Source: Podarcis melisellensis
Lineage: Eukaryota
Strand: one strand, 5' to 3'
Assembly (NCBI GenBank): GCA_964234715.1
Contig: OZ174287.1
DNA length: 64,000 nt
Shown: positions 26,526-37,655 of the stretch, piece by piece
Numbering within the stretch: the first letter of the stretch is position 1
Layout: every line of letters starts with the position of its first letter
Made by a program: the position numbers and the translations under genes
The notes under the pieces: model-generated
What the model saw: only the letters and a program-made list of their open reading frames with translations
The model's database searches: none
What the model was told of the DNA's origin: nothing

Positions 26526-26918
26526 CAGAGGTTCCCTTCCCCTGAACTACAATTCCCATCGGCCCCAGTCAGCATAGCCAATGCTTAGGGATAACAGGAG
26601 TTATAGCCCAAACCCAGAGGGCATGAGGCTGGGGAGGCCTGCTGTCACTTATGCTTCAGGGAGAGTTTTAATCTGCATCCTTGACCCCTGCTTTCTATCT
26701 ATGGTCAACTATAAAAATGTTTTTTGGGGGTGGGTAGATGGGTGGGTGAGGAAAGCCTTAGTTTTTAGATACCAGCCCCTGCCCGAGTGGATTTCATACC
26801 AAAAATCCACTTCAGTATTTTTATGCTAATATTTGGACATCCTCGACTCCTTTTTATCTGGTGCGCCAAGAGCCAAATTAAGTGTTGCTATGGCAACCAA
26901 TATAGCTGATCCTCATTA

Positions 26919-26921
<3 letters not shown>

Positions 26922-26958
<37 letters not shown>
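26922..26958. repeat. (TG)n microsatellite
   Basis: Direct reading. Confidence 0.95.
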
Positions 26959-26961
<3 letters not shown>

Positions 26962-28081
26962 TTGGATAGTATCCAACAGGCTCGGCCTGTTTCAAAGCTT
27001 TGATATGCTGTTCAGAAGTGGGGCGGGCGGGCTGCCCTGAGATATAGATTTGCCTCAGCTGTGGCAATTCTGGCCCTTTAACCTGGCAGGATTCTTTTGC
27101 TAAGCCGTGTTCGGAGAATGCTCTCAAGAGAGTCGCATGCTGGGACTGAGTGCTGGGAAAAGTTCATCACCTCAATCTTAAAGAGGTAGCAAGTGCCTGG
27201 AGCCGCGGGAAGCGAGGAGGGCCTTCCTCAACAGCAAGCTGCTCAGGCTGAGGGAGGGATGCCGATCTTGGAGAGCCAAAAGCAGGCATTCACATGGGAT
27301 TGGTCCTTTGTAAACACCTGATTCCCAGGAGCCATAGGATCAGTCTCCTCCAAGTTGCAGATCTCTCCTCCAACCCAGGTGCCAAGGCAGGGGTAACCTA
27401 CACAGAGCCTTCTAGATGTTTCTAGACTACAACTCTCATCACCCTTGACCACTGGCCATGCTGGCTGAGGCTGATGGGAAATGGAGTCCAACAGCACCTG
27501 GAGAGCAGCACATTGGCTTTTAGTGGTGTAAGGAATAGGGGATTGGTGCGTGAGCTGCAGAGCTTCTGGTGTGAGTCTCATTGCCAAAGCCTGCTCTAAA
27601 GCAACAAAGGATATGGGAGGGGGCTCCCCAAGGAGTTGAACAGTGGCTTAGAAATAAGTGTCTGACAGCCTTGGGACAAATTTGGCAATGAAAGTCTGCT
27701 GAATGTGCTTTGGATCTGATAAAAATGCTACCGGCAGGAAGTTAATACAGCAGGGTATGCAGAGGCCCAATAATAAAGCCACGAAATTTGATCTTCGTAC
27801 TGATACAGATGAAGATGTTCCGGAGCTGTCAGACAAGGCCAAGGAACCTGTCATGGCTAGGGGCAGTTCTTTAGGGCCAAAAGGGCACAAAATTGACATG
27901 CCTAATTGATGAAGATGGGGACTCAGACCAGTATGTAGATAAAATCCTATTTCTGATCTTGGTGAGCCACACATGGAGACTTTCCGCTACTGAAGAGTTT
28001 GGTAACGTGCTATAAATGAATAAATGGGTAGATGAAGAACCTGGCAATCAGACAGGCAAACACAATGAGTCTTCTCCTTAC

Positions 28082-28232
28082 CTGTTTCTCCCCATATTGG
28101 CAAGTACTCATCCTGCTGAATGTCCAGCATTATCTCCAGGCCATTGCCTGTCCCACCCTTGAATGTGGTCAACAGAGGATGCCCATCTTCTCCTGAGTTA
28201 AACATGTAGCACTTCCCATATTTCGTAAACAC
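28082..28232 (-). CDS. ASIC2: ASIC2 internal coding exon (first exon shared by ASIC2a/2b; extracellular domain), 151 nt
   Basis: Translates to [50 protein letters not shown]+G, nearly identical to recalled mammalian ASIC2. Acceptor is ttttcttag|GTG after a pyrimidine tract; donor is G|gtaagg. Starts in phase 0, ends in phase 1. Confidence 0.96.
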
Positions 28233-28378
28233 CTAAGAAAACACAGAGAGGAAGAAAGATATTCAGTGATACTGTTGGTGGCCTATAGGTCCCAAAAAAC
28301 CTGATTCTACAAAGAACTGCCTCAGCATTTGGTTTGCAGGGGAGGCACCTGTATAGCTCCCTTCCAACTCTACAATTA

Positions 28379-28629
28379 CAGTGATACCTTGGTTGTCGAA
28401 TGGCTTGGCTTCTGAACAAATCTGCTCCCAAACGCCGCAAACCCAGAAGTGGGTGCTCCAGTTTGCAAATGTTCTTTGGAAGCTGAATGTCCAACGTGGC
28501 TTCCACAGCTTCCGACTGAATGCAGAAAGCTCCTGCAGCCAATCGGAAGCCACGCCTTTGTTTTTGAACGGTTCTGGGAGTCAAACGGACTCCCAGAACG
28601 GACTTAGCTTGACAACCAAGGTACCACTG
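28379..28629. mobile_element. Tc1/mariner (Tigger-like) MITE
   Basis: TIRs cagtgataccttggttgtc / gacaaccaaggtaccactg; TA duplicated on both sides. Confidence 0.9.
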
Positions 28630-29020
28630 TATATGAAAACTGGCTTTAGCCTTGAACAGGAGCACTCTGTGGGTGTGGGTGTGTTACACACAACAACATT
28701 TTATCGCAAGTCCCTTTTGTGGAGTTTTTACATTCAAAACAGTTTTGCTACACAGTACAGGCATAGCTCTGTATTTTCCATCACTGCTTATTTCTACCTT
28801 CTCCCAAATGTACCACCTCTTAAGCATTTCGAAAATCCACACCTTCTGCTGGGGCTTCCACATGTTATTTTCTTTTGTGGAAGGCACTTGACTGAGGTAA
28901 ACTAATTACTCATGTGTTTCCTCAGCACCATTGATTTGACAGATCCCTTGTGTTTCTGGTGAATCTGTGAACACCTTGGTTATTTCATGAGAAACATCTT
29001 GCAAAGTTTGGGGGGTTAGG

Positions 29021-29118
29021 CAGTGCTATTTTCCTAGAAAAAGAAGTGATGGAATTCACCATAAATGGTGCCTACCTAAGAGGTTCCAGAATTGAGTTCT
29101 GGGTGAAAAAAAGCCCTG
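29021..29118 (-). mobile_element. Short hAT MITE (same family as 41396-41531)
   Basis: Termini cagtgctatttt / aaaaaagccctg; perfect 8-bp TSD gggttagg. Confidence 0.85.
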
Positions 29119-30170
29119 GGGTTAGGGTTTCTAAAGGAGAGACAAAAAGCAGCAGCAGCAGCCAGATCTCTCTACATGGAGGTGCCACTCATACTTGAGT
29201 AAAAGGGAGTCTGTCACATAACACCCTAAAATACCTCTGGAAGCAGAGAAATCCATCAAAGAAGGAGAGAGATGATGTGGCAGCTGCTGCGGGGGGGGGG
29301 GGGGGCTGAGCTGCTGTAGATACTCCCAGGTCTTTGACCCTGACCCTGCTTCCATCTCAAAAAGGACACACCAGAAACGTGGGAAGCGTCTCAAGCCTGG
29401 ACGTCACATTTCCACCAGGCTATTGTTTACCTCCCAACAAACAAAACAGCGGCTTATGCTCCTGAACTCCAGAAGCATTCTCCATATCAACACATACGTA
29501 AGTCTTAATATCCTTTTCAATTGCTGCCTCACCACGCTGCGGAGAAGAGAGTCTGGGGAAGGGAAAGATTTCACAGCACAAAGGGTTGGGTCCTCCTTAA
29601 GGAGGGTGTTGCGATTTCCCTCAGCCACTGAGACAAAAAAGGCTGTTTATCAAGTCTCTTGGCTTCTCTGGATCCACACCCCAACCAAGCCAAGCCAGAA
29701 AGATCCTCTTTGCACATTTTACGTAGCAATTGAGCCCTGCTGCAGCTGAAGCGTTGTTTCCTGCAGTAAATGCATAAAGCGTGAAGGGTAGACTTGTGCC
29801 TGAACACTTGGGGAGGGGGGGAGAGAGATGTGCTACAGAGCCCCAATTGGCCATGGCTCTTCGGCGCGTGTCCACTATGTGTTTAGCAACGCATGCCTGC
29901 CCTTCACGCACAAGTTACACAAGTTTCCCTTGCAGATTTTTCTCTCAATCTGTTTCTTGTCTGTCAGGGCCATGTGTGTTCTGTGAGATTAAAAAGGAAC
30001 ACCTTCAAAGACCAAAATCCCGCACCAAATATGTTGGATTTTGCCAGCCTGCACTTAGTATGCAAATCAGGCACATTGGCATATTTTTCTTTCTTGGTTT
30101 GAAAACATGATTCTACAGTCCTTCACAGTAAACATAATTTATTCTGCTTCACCCAGTGACTGGGTGGGAC

Positions 30171-30577
30171 TGTTAGGATTCTTGCTCTGTGCTTGAAGTC
30201 ATGGGATTGTTGTCTATCACATGACAGTGTATGTTTTCATTCCACATAGTGGGAAGTGACAGAGACAGGGTGTTTGGTATTACTGTAGGACTATTGTCCT
30301 TTGTTCTTTCTCTTTGCTGTCTGATGAGAAAGAGGAAGGAGCTAAGTCAGAATGCTCCGAGTGTATTATATGTGCTGTGCTACTGAGTTCTGTTACACAA
30401 ACTGCTAACACTCCACAGGATCCTAAGTGTACTAATGCCACTTGGTATCAGTCGCTGGGATGTTCTGGCTGGAGAAAGCTTTTGAAGCTCCTGAACAACC
30501 GACCAGGAGGGAGAGAACATGCCAGTCGGGCATGTGTCTCTACCAGGGTCCTACACTTGAGTAGGACAATCCTAACA
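30171..30577. mobile_element. Solo LTR (407 bp)
   Basis: TGTTAGGATT...AATCCTAACA 10-bp inverted termini (TG...CA); 5-bp flanks gggac / cagac (3/5). Confidence 0.75.
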
Positions 30578-31104
30578 CAGACAAGGAGTCATGGGGGGTA
30601 GGCACTGAAACTTTATCCCTTGGCCACTGAAATCTTGTTCTGCTTTAATGAGAGTATGAGTTTGGAATTTCACACATACCTTCAAGCACGCACACACGTG
30701 CTTGAAAGCTGCTTAAATAAATAATGGCAGACAGAGAAAAGCTGAGATTCTCAAGAAGTCACATTTTATGGTTCCCTGCCTCTCATCCAAAAAGCTGCTG
30801 CTTTAGCAAAAAAAATACGTAACAAGAGAGTTGTAATTATATTCTGATGTATTCTTGATCCAGCAAACCCCATAGATTCCTAGAGAACCCTTTCCAAATT
30901 GACTTATCCTACAGCTCTTACAAATCAGTCACAATGTTTTTCTATATATTGCAGAAGATTCTGAGGTCACATACTGGGTCTCAGTCTCAATGTGGGTCCC
31001 TGCGGGCCAGGCCTGTTGAACCTAAATGCTGCATTCCACAAACGGACAAGCCAGAACATGCCCAACACCCCTGTCCCTCCCACCCCGTGGATGGACAAAT
31101 GTGA

Positions 31105-31405
31105 AATTTGTCCCCCTATGAGGGGAATAGGGGTCTTTAAACAACTCTCAGCACCCTTAACAAATGATATTTCCCAGGATTCTTTGAGGGGAAGCCATTA
31201 CTGTTTAAAGTGGTATCATAACACTTTACAAGTTTGGTGGAGGTGGAGCCTGTTTTTGTATTATGAGACCACTTGTCGACATTTGCCCAATCCACATTTG
31301 TCTCCTATTCCCCTCATAGAGCTACAGTTACTTGAGTGGCTTAATTATCCATCCCTCTTCCCAGGGAACTCTGAGAAGTGAAGCTCTGTGAGGGGGATAT
31401 GGGCT
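31105..31405. mobile_element. Degraded palindromic MITE related to 50500-50697 and 63410-64000
   Basis: Shares ctctcagcacccttaacaaa, tgtttaaagtggtatcata and cccctcatagagctacagtt motifs with those copies. Confidence 0.55.
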
Positions 31406-32067
31406 TAAGGACATCTTTTGTCACGGTCTTTGCTCAAAGACAATAAGGGGATTGAAGATGGCAATTACGAGCATCAGCACTGGATGCTGTGGTGGCACTG
31501 AGGATGCTTCCCTCTCTGAAGTGAAAGTGTTACCACAACTCCAGGCTGAGATCTTGAGGAAAAAAGCCCACCCCTGGTTTTCCTAACATAGGTTTAGTCT
31601 TCATTCTAGGCAATTAGCACTTTGGGGAAACATCCACAACTACAGCGATTTGTTTAATTTACAACCCCATGCATGTCTTAGCTGTTCAGAGCCTGACCGC
31701 TAGAATTTCTTCAACTGCTGCCTGAATATTAGCTCCATATTTCTTTTTAAATACCCACTCAAGCAATGCTAAATTGTGCTGATGGTAGGAGAGGTGATTT
31801 AGCACACCTCTAAAGGGCCCTCTATAGCAATCAGCAGTCAAACAAAGCCTTCTGCTGATTTGCTGTTGTGGAAAGCGGCCCCTTGTTTTCCCAGACATCC
31901 CAAGTAGGTGAATGCAAGGCTCCTTGTTTTCCAGACATCCCTACAGACTGGATAGGGTGGAGGATGGAGGCTTAGGAACAACCTCACTCATTCTTTCTTT
32001 TCTATTCCCTATCCACTCAGGGAAGAGGAAGTGCAAACATGCCCTGAAAGTACACATCCAGACCAAA

Positions 32068-33635
32068 AACTCCCTCTGAAGGAGTGGGTATGTAGTTTGA
32101 GGGCACTTCTGGGTCCTTTGCTGTCACTTGAGGCTCTGGTGGCCTCAGCGGCACAGAGTGCCTTCCATCAGCTTTGGCTGGTGTCCCAGCTGCGCCCCTA
32201 TCTGGACAGGGATAGCCTAACTTCTGTCATCTGTGCTCTGGTAACCTCTAGGTTAGATTACTGCAATGCATTATATGTAGGGTTGCCTCTGAGGGTGGTT
32301 CACAAACTGCAGCTGGTGCAGAATTTGGTGACCAGGTTGCTCACCAGGGCACAATGGTTTGAGCATGTTACACCAATCCTGGCTTGACTGCACTGGCTGT
32401 GGATTAGTTTCCAGGCCTAATTCAAAGAATTGGTTTTGACTTATAAAGCCTTAAATGGCTCAGGACTACAGTACCTCAAGAACCACCTCTCCCCATATGA
32501 ACTGACCCAGATCCTGCAATTATCATCTGAGGCCTTTCTTTGTGTGCCTCCTCCACAAGATGTCCAGAGGACGGCAATACAAGAACGGGCCTTTTCTGTG
32601 GTGGCTTCCTGTTTGTTGAATGCTCTCCCCAAGAAGGCTCACCTGGCTCCTTTATTATATATCTTTAGGTACCAGGCAAAAAAGTTTCTCTATAACCAGA
32701 GCTTTGGCATTATATGGCATTTTAACTCTATTTGCGTGGCGAGTTCCCGCCCCCACCAGGATAAATAAAGACACAAGACACCGTAATGTAAGGTTAATTG
32801 GGCGAATTAGGCCACAACTTTATTGAATTCAGGAATGAGAGGCATTGGCATAGGCATTGGTCCTAACGACTATCCCGCTCCAGCCCATTTGCTGGAGACA
32901 CGGGGAAGGGTTAACCTTATATCGGGGGAGACTCCCGCGAGGCACGTCGACTAGGAGCTCCCCCGGGTCACCGCTCTGGGGCGTGCCTTTGGCCCACACC
33001 TCCATAGGCTTCGGACAGGGCCACGCCCCCCGGGGTCCTTTAACGGACCACCCTTCGCTCGCTGGGGGGAGGTGATGGCGTTCCTCCCCCCCCACATCAT
33101 CTTAACCCCTTCTTACCAATGCCTACCGCCAATGCCGAGAAGTTGCGACGAGTTGCTACGAGGTAGGCTAAAAACCAAAAGGCCCGAAATTGCCGGTTGG
33201 GAAAAATTCCTACCATGCCCCAAGTGGCGACAGACCAAAGTCCGTAGCAATGTCAAAGGCCTGTCTAAGCCTAACCTACTCAAAGGGAGGGAGGGTGGGA
33301 AAACGTGGGGGCGAGCCGGCAAAAAGAGGGCGAGCCCCCTCCGCGCTGGCCCTAAATAGGTCAAGCCACGCCCCCCAGCCGACCAGCTGATCGGCTGGCT
33401 GGGGGGGGGCAGGCCCGACGGGGATTCCCCTGCTCTCGCGGGGGCTGGAGCCAGCCCCCGCTCACGTGGGGTGGGCGTGAAGCCCGCAACCCCACCTCCT
33501 GGGGCAGGCCCGGAAGTGGCTTTGTGGGAGACAGGTGATTGGTTTGTTCTTGTTCTTGTTTTCTATGTATTCTGTTGTCTCATTTTGTATTTTGATGTTG
33601 TGAACTGCCCTGTGATCTTCAAATGAGGGCCAGTA

Positions 33636-33640
<5 letters not shown>
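32068..33640 (+). mobile_element. L2 LINE fragment (ORF2 C-terminus plus 3'UTR) interrupted by an insertion at about 32735-33520
   Basis: LPLKEWVCSL...QSAFHQLWLVSQLRPYLDRDSL...LVTSRLDYCNALYVGLPL...; the 3'UTR resumes at 33521 and ends in a (TTAC)n tail. Confidence 0.88.
32735..33520 (-). mobile_element. Unclassified CpG-rich insertion; possible terminal repeat of a DIRS/Ngaro-like element or an atypical LTR
   Basis: Sharp GC/CpG rise inside the L2 3'UTR. Minus strand carries a GC box (ggggcgtggc), TATA-like tatttagg and AATAAA-gttgtggcc. Flanks tttgcg / tttgtg; no TG..CA termini. Confidence 0.6.
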
Positions 33641-33671
<31 letters not shown>

Positions 33672-33724
33672 AGATGATAAGATAAGATATAAGATGATAA
33701 GATAGGATAAGATGATAAGATAAG
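33637..33724. repeat. (TTAC)n followed by (GATAA)n simple repeats
   Basis: Direct reading. Confidence 0.9.
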
Positions 33725-35059
33725 ACTCCCTCCCTTTTCAATTCCAGGTGTTTGGCTGGTGATTATGATTACTCAGAGAGGAAGAAAATGCACTCTGTCT
33801 AATTTTTTATTTATTAACATTTATATGACTCTTGTCTTTTGGGTAAAAAAGCCCCCTTTCTCTCTTCGCCACAAATGGCTAGGCAGAAGGTGGAACATGG
33901 CAACAGACTGGTGGCCCCATTCAAGAAGCAGTCGGGGGGGGGGCGCTGTTTCCTTCTGCTCCAGAAAACCACTGGAGAGCTGGCAGAAAATGGCCCTTCT
34001 GGCAGTGGAACAGGATCTGTTATCCCTCATGAAAGAGTCTGTATTTTACAGCCACTTGTCTGGAGTGCTGGACTAGGTTTCAGGCAAAACAATCTTAATG
34101 GCAGCCCACGCCTCTCTTTGCCTCAGGCACTGTCTGAGGCCTTGATGAGCTCTTACTTAAACAAAGCTCGCTTCGTAGGCAACAACATCCTTCCCGACAA
34201 AACCCCAAAAGGATCTATAATTGATTCAGACGCAACATCCCATAGTTCCTTGACAAGTCGCCCCAAGGGACGGTTCAGTCATACACACACACACACACAC
34301 ACACCCTGTAAACACACCCTCTTCCACAACTTTATGGGCTCTGCTGCTCTCCACATCTCTGACCTCATCATGCCTGTCATGTTCTGGAGATTAAACCTGC
34401 CATTTTGAATCCTTGATAATATTGGGCTTGGCAGACATCCCACCCAGCTAGGTCAAAGATAAATACAAACCCAAGCACCGCACTGTGGGGAAATTGACAA
34501 CTGCGCTTCCTAGAAAAGTCTGTTTTGTGGGGTGGGGGGGAAAGACTTTATTACTCCACATCAGCACTTTCTAGCTTTTATGACTGTCAAAGCCAGCCAG
34601 CGTACAAGGGCACTGAACAAGGAATAGGGCTGCATAAAACCCCTAAACAACTCTCTTCTAGGAAATTAAACTGGATATATTGAACTGTGGCAAAACAGGT
34701 TGGTCACACGTCCTAAACCACTTGTACCTAGAAGACCATGTTAGCTTTGTTCTCATAAAAGTTCTCTTTCACAAACCCAGTGCTAGTACAGTGCATTGGC
34801 CACTATTCAAGGTGCTACTTTTAATCTGCAAAGCCATAACTTTTATGACACAAAGTAAGAGCTAAAACACATTGGGGACACAAAGATTACCCTAACCGAG
34901 GTTTGCTGGAAGAAACCTGAACACTATACTGCAGCTAGAATGCTACTGCATGATGCTTTTGAGTGAAGTAATAACTGTTTGCAGGTTTATACAGAACTAA
35001 GAGCCAGAGATGTTTCTTCAATGACTTCTGGTGGCTACTGGCTACTATATTTATTCCAC

Positions 35060-36440
35060 CTAAGAATGTAGGAACAGTTCTGCGTATGGAAAGCCCACAA
35101 GTAGGACTCCAGCCTTATCCCCTCCTGTGGTTTCCAGAAGCTGTTATTCAGAAGCATACTGCCTCCAACTGTGGAGGCAGAGTATAGCATTCATTGCTAG
35201 TATCTCAAGAGTCTCCTCCAGCACCATAATTCAAAAGCATCAATTCTTCGACAATCAGACCATAAAGAAGGCTGCAAAAAGATCAAACCTATCCCTTCTT
35301 AAGAAAATCAGCCCTGAGTGCTCACTGGAAGGACAGATCCTGAAGCTGAGGCTCAAATACTCTGGCCACCTCAAGAGAAGACTCCCTGGAAAAGCCCCTG
35401 ATGTTGGGAAAGACTGAGGGCACAAGGAGAAGGGGAACGACAGAGGACGAGATGGCTGGACAGTGTTCTCGAAGCTACCAGCATGAGTTTGACCAAACTG
35501 CGGGAGGCAGTGGAAGACAGGAGTTCCTGGCGTGCTCTGGTCCATGGGGTTACGAAGAGTCGGACACAACTAAACAATTAAGCAACAACAAATTGATAGC
35601 CTTATCCTCCATTAAGTTTGTCTAATCCTCTTTTAAAGCTATCAAAGTTTGTGGCCATCACTCTCAATTCCACAGTTTAACCAAGCACTATGTAAAGAAG
35701 TACTTTCTTCTGTCTGTCCTCAATCTTCCACCACCCAACCTCACTGAATGCCCACAAGTTCCAGTGCTATGAGAGAGGGAAAACAACTATTCTCTATCCA
35801 CTTTCTCCATGCCATGCACAGTTTCATAACACTTCTATCATGTACCTCTCACTCACCTTTTCTCTAAACTAAAAGCCCCAGATACTGCAACCTTTCTTCA
35901 CAGGGGAATTTATTCACTCCCTTCATCATTTTGGTTGCCATTTTTTGAACCTTTTCCCAACAATATTTACAATATCCTTTCGGAGGTGAGGCAACCAGAA
36001 TGGTACACAGTATTCAAGGGCGCCATCTGCTAGGGGCTGAGCCCTTTCGTCCCCCCATACTTTCGAGGAGGGTGCCACTCCTCTCCCCAAAAAGTCCAAA
36101 GCCTTCCTGAAGAGGCCAAGCATGGAGCCGAGTCTGGCATGGCTTCAATCTCCTCCTCCTGCCATGGAGGAGGCTGGAAGCAGCTCCAGGCTGATGGTGG
36201 CAGAAGCAGCAGGAAAACATGCAACTATTGAAGCTGTGCTGCTGCTGCTGTGCTTCTGCTGAGCTCAGCTCTGCCTCTGACATCCTGATGTCACATGTAC
36301 CACGTTGTGACATCACACATGTGATATCATGTGCCGTGTGCCACCAGCCCCCCCCCTCTTATTTGGAAGCTGGCATGTGTGACTGTTTTCCAAATGCAGT
36401 TGCACAATAGATTTGTATAATGGTGTTATGGTATTGGCAG
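35060..36440 (-). mobile_element. CR1 LINE 3' fragment interrupted by BovB (35203-35591) and an unidentified insert (about 36016-36388)
   Basis: Minus-strand LEYCVPFWLPHLRKDIV matches the CR1 ORF2 motif LEYCVQFWSPH.KKDI; 3' sequence is homologous to 4399-4686. Confidence 0.8.
35203..35591 (+). mobile_element. BovB (RTE clade) LINE 3' fragment with an inverted 5' segment
   Basis: ...RSNLSLLKKISPECSLEGQILKLRLKYSGHL..., then gagtcggacacaactaaac and a (CAA)n tail, typical of squamate BovB. Confidence 0.9.
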
Positions 36441-37601
36441 AAAACGCAAGGTGAACTGACAGCACCACCATCTCCAGCTTCTGCTGCTAATGCTGATTTG
36501 CACAGTGTCCCTCCTTCTCACATCAGAAGGATTTAAGGACAGACTATACAGTATACAAAGTGGGAGATTTCTATATATGCCCATTCTGGGGCAGAATAAT
36601 AAAACTTACAAGTATACTGGGAACATAGGTGCACTTTGGAAGAAGAGTCATGAAAGGCATGTTTAATTAAGTGGTTTCATTTTGTTGCTTGCTTGCTTGC
36701 ATGCCCTCCTTTGTTTCCTAAAAGGATTTATGATCTTTGGGAAATTAGATTATGAGTCCTTTGGGGATAGTAAGGACAAGTCCTTGATGACATTATAGCA
36801 TCCTGCCCTGAACCAGAGAAGAAGGTAGGCTGCAAGTATAATAAATATACAAGGAGATGTTTAATAGCTGCTCAGATCTTTAGACAGAGACCTGGACTAC
36901 CTCACATCTGAGGAATAGGAGGATGCTCAGAAGTCTATGCCACCAATCTATTATTTCCAGGCATGAGTGATGCTGTGTTAGGTCTCTGGCTTGACATTTT
37001 TGCAGGCTCTTCCTCACAGCAGAGAAGGGAATTGGATCCCTCCTGAGAGAAGACCTGAGCAGGAGGCAGAGCCTGTAACCTATTTGCTAATTGGGGAACC
37101 CAGGCCTGGGTCATGGTGCCATTCTGAGCAAGCTGCACTTAATCTAACAAGGCGACCTTCTATGGGACTATTGTTTTCTGCCTTCACAAAATGTCAGAGG
37201 TCAGGGTGACGGACATTTGCTTAAGGGTTTCTTACAGCAGCCTCTGCTGATCCTCTGCTTTGAGGCTCTTTGCAAACCTGATTGATGGCAAAGACCTTCA
37301 AGGGAAAGAGGTTTAACATTTTAAAGAGCAGTTTTATGAACGGATTCAATTATACATGGCCCAGCGTGTGGATGAAAGCAAAGCATGCCCACCACGCAGG
37401 TCACAGTTTTAATCCAGAAATGTGAGATGGGGAGGGTTCACCCTGCTTTTCATAAGTTCAAAGATGTCTTGGTTTTGATGAAAACATGGAAGCTATCCAA
37501 GAACCAGAGATGGGCTATTGAGAGATCATCCAACCCATGGCCACCACTGACGGTCAGCAAGACTTAAAATCAAGTGGATTTCTAAGGGCTGGCTCATACA
37601 C

Positions 37602-37602
<1 letters not shown>

Positions 37603-37649
<47 letters not shown>
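37603..37649. repeat. (CA)n microsatellite
   Basis: Direct reading. Confidence 0.95.

Positions 37650-37655
<6 letters not shown>

Larger units (their letters stand above)
1454..28081 (-). other. ASIC2: ASIC2 intron (26,628 nt, GT-AG, phase 1)
   Basis: Bounded by the two exons; splicing gives contiguous ...[13 protein letters not shown]... Confidence 0.9.

Noticed and set aside
28198-28905. 155-aa and 174-aa ORFs next to the ASIC2 exon as alternative exons
   Set aside because: They run through a mariner MITE, have no ASIC similarity and are out of frame with the exon or antisense to it.
33839-34408. 189-aa ORF
   Set aside because: Non-ATG start, includes a (CA)n repeat and has no recognisable domain.
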